A stretch of 64,000 bases of DNA from Candidatus Eiseniibacteriota bacterium (GTDB taxonomy: Bacteria > Eisenbacteria > RBG-16-71-46): assembly GCA_031370785.1 (NCBI GenBank), contig JANMQY010000114.1, forward strand, positions 43,417 through 107,416. The letters are read 5' to 3'. The notes beneath the pieces were generated by a model. That model had not been told where the DNA came from. It ran no database searches and saw nothing but the letters and a program-made list of their open reading frames with translations. Shown here one piece after another: positions 62,720-64,000 of the stretch; the stretch's first letter is position 1; every line of letters starts with the position of its first letter. The position numbers were made by a program, and so were the translations under genes.

Positions 62720-64000
62720 CTACCCGACGGGCTGGGCCGCCCGCCTCTCGCCGCGCACGCGCCGCCGGTCGGGTGCGGTCCGGCGCCGGTCCTCGTTCTC
62801 GCGGATCGGCAGCGTGAACGAGACGATCGTGCTCCACTCGCTGTCGCTGCGCACGCGGATCTCGCCGCCGTGCTCGCGCACCACCTGCTGCGCCACGCCC
62901 AGGCCCACGGCCGGACCGCCCGAGCGCGTGCTCGCGAAAGGCACGAACAGCTGCTCGAGGATGTCGCCGGCCACGCGCGCGCCGTCATGGGCGATCTCGA
63001 CCACCGCGTGATCCTGGACCCGCCGCGACTCCACGCGGATGCGCCCGCCCACCGGCGTGCCGTCGAGCGCGCTCTCGAGCACGTTGGCGATCACGCGCTG
63101 GATGCGGGCGCTGTCCATGAGCAGCGCCGGCATCTCGGGCGCGAGGCGCTTGACCAGCCGGATGCGCCGCCGCACCAGCGTCTCGGCCGACTGCTGGAGG
63201 ACTTCCGCCATCACCTGGTTCAGGCTCTCGATCCGCAGCGCGGGAACCTCGGGCGTCAGGTACTCGGCCTGCTCGCCCAGCAGGCGCTCGAGGCGCTCGG
63301 CCTCGCGCACGATGATCTCGAGGTATTCGCGGTTGGGATCGACTTCGCCGAGGGCTCGTTGCATGCGGCGCGCGAAGGCACCGATCGAAGCCAGCGGGTT
63401 GCGCGCCTCCTGCGATGCCTTGAGCGCCATGTCGCCGAGCGCCGCCATGCGTTCGGCGCGCCGCAGGCGTGTGGCGACCTCACGCTCGCGCTGGCGCGAA
63501 CGCCGCAGCTCCTCGAAGCGGTGCGCCTGATCCAGACAGAGCGCGAGCGTGTCGGCGAGCGCGCCGAGCACGGCCGCATCGTCGCGCGCGGGCGCGAGGT
63601 CGCCACCGTCCGGGGACGCCCCGTGATAGATCGCGAGGACTCCGAGCGTGACACCGTAGGCCTCCAGCGGCGCGATCACGATCGCGCCCAGCTCCCCCCC
63701 GATCTCGACCGGAACCCTCGGGTCATCGGTGACCGGCTGGACGACCCGCGGGCCCGGCAGGCCGCGCGACGCCTCGGCCAACGATTGCAGCGCGCGTCCG
63801 ATCCGGTCGCGCTCGAGGGCCAGGCCGTGCGTGGCCTCGAGCCGCAGGTGGTCGCCGCGCTGGATCCACAAGGCGCTGCCGCGGGCGTCGCATGATTGGA
63901 CCGCAACCTCGACCGCGATCTGGAGCGCCTCGGCGAGGTTGAGCGTCGAGACCGAGGCGCGTGCCACCTGGGCGAGTGCGGCGAGCTGGCGGCCGCGACG
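62720..64000 (-). CDS. GAF + HisKA/HATPase-like protein with degenerate catalytic boxes (5' partial)
   Basis: GAF-like region, then ERMAALG...SQEARNPLASI, E..RLERL, LFVPFAST, VGLGVAQQVVREHGG; the frame is open to the window edge. Confidence 0.85.
   Translation of the reverse strand, partial: RRGRQLAALAQVARASVSTLNLAEALQIAVEVAVQSCDARGSALWIQRGDHLRLEATHGLALERDRIGRALQSLAEASRGLPGPRVVQPVTDDPRVPVEIGGELGAIVIAPLEAYGVTLGVLAIYHGASPDGGDLAPARDDAAVLGALADTLALCLDQAHRFEELRRSRQREREVATRLRRAERMAALGDMALKASQEARNPLASIGAFARRMQRALGEVDPNREYLEIIVREAERLERLLGEQAEYLTPEVPALRIESLNQVMAEVLQQSAETLVRRRIRLVKRLAPEMPALLMDSARIQRVIANVLESALDGTPVGGRIRVESRRVQDHAVVEIAHDGARVAGDILEQLFVPFASTRSGGPAVGLGVAQQVVREHGGEIRVRSDSEWSTIVSFTLPIRENEDRRRTAPDRRRVRGERRAAQPVG

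Overview
A high-GC (about 70% by eye) core-genome window from a diderm bacterium. It resembles Candidatus Eisenbacteria or related FCB-superphylum lineages (inference from gene content and a C-terminal SWGRLKxxYR tail). Almost all genes lie on the minus strand, often with ATGA/TTGA/GTGA overlaps. Gene order from the right end: GAF pseudo-histidine-kinase, tRNA-Phe, tRNA-Thr, [NHL protein on +], glmM, glmS, RidA-family, selD (in-frame UGA = Sec), selC, DUF5683-like, lepA, lepB, hemW, hrcA, grpE, dnaJ, rsmE, rpsU, cvpA, mutS2, dnaG, rpoD, tRNA-Ile2, tRNA-Val, C4 Zn-ribbon, membrane patatin, rnhA, rnpB, recJ, rel, dtd, maf, rplM, rpsI, rpsB, tsf, pyrH, frr, uppS, cdsA, dxr, an LPS core block, rseP, TamA-like Omp85, tamB, metallopeptidase-propeller-Omp85, pcrA, gatCAB, purD, purE, tsaC and an LMW phosphatase. 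No mobile elements or CRISPR arrays were seen. The most notable observations are: a candidate C-terminal sorting signal on the only plus-strand gene, with a possible partner Omp85/TamB/peptidase cluster; a catalytically degenerate histidine kinase with a DRR-repeat tail; an unassigned structured RNA coupled to a terminator; tRNA-Sec lying inside an open reading frame; RNase HI overlapping RNase P RNA; and altered DNA-contact motifs in RpoD region 3.0 and HrcA.
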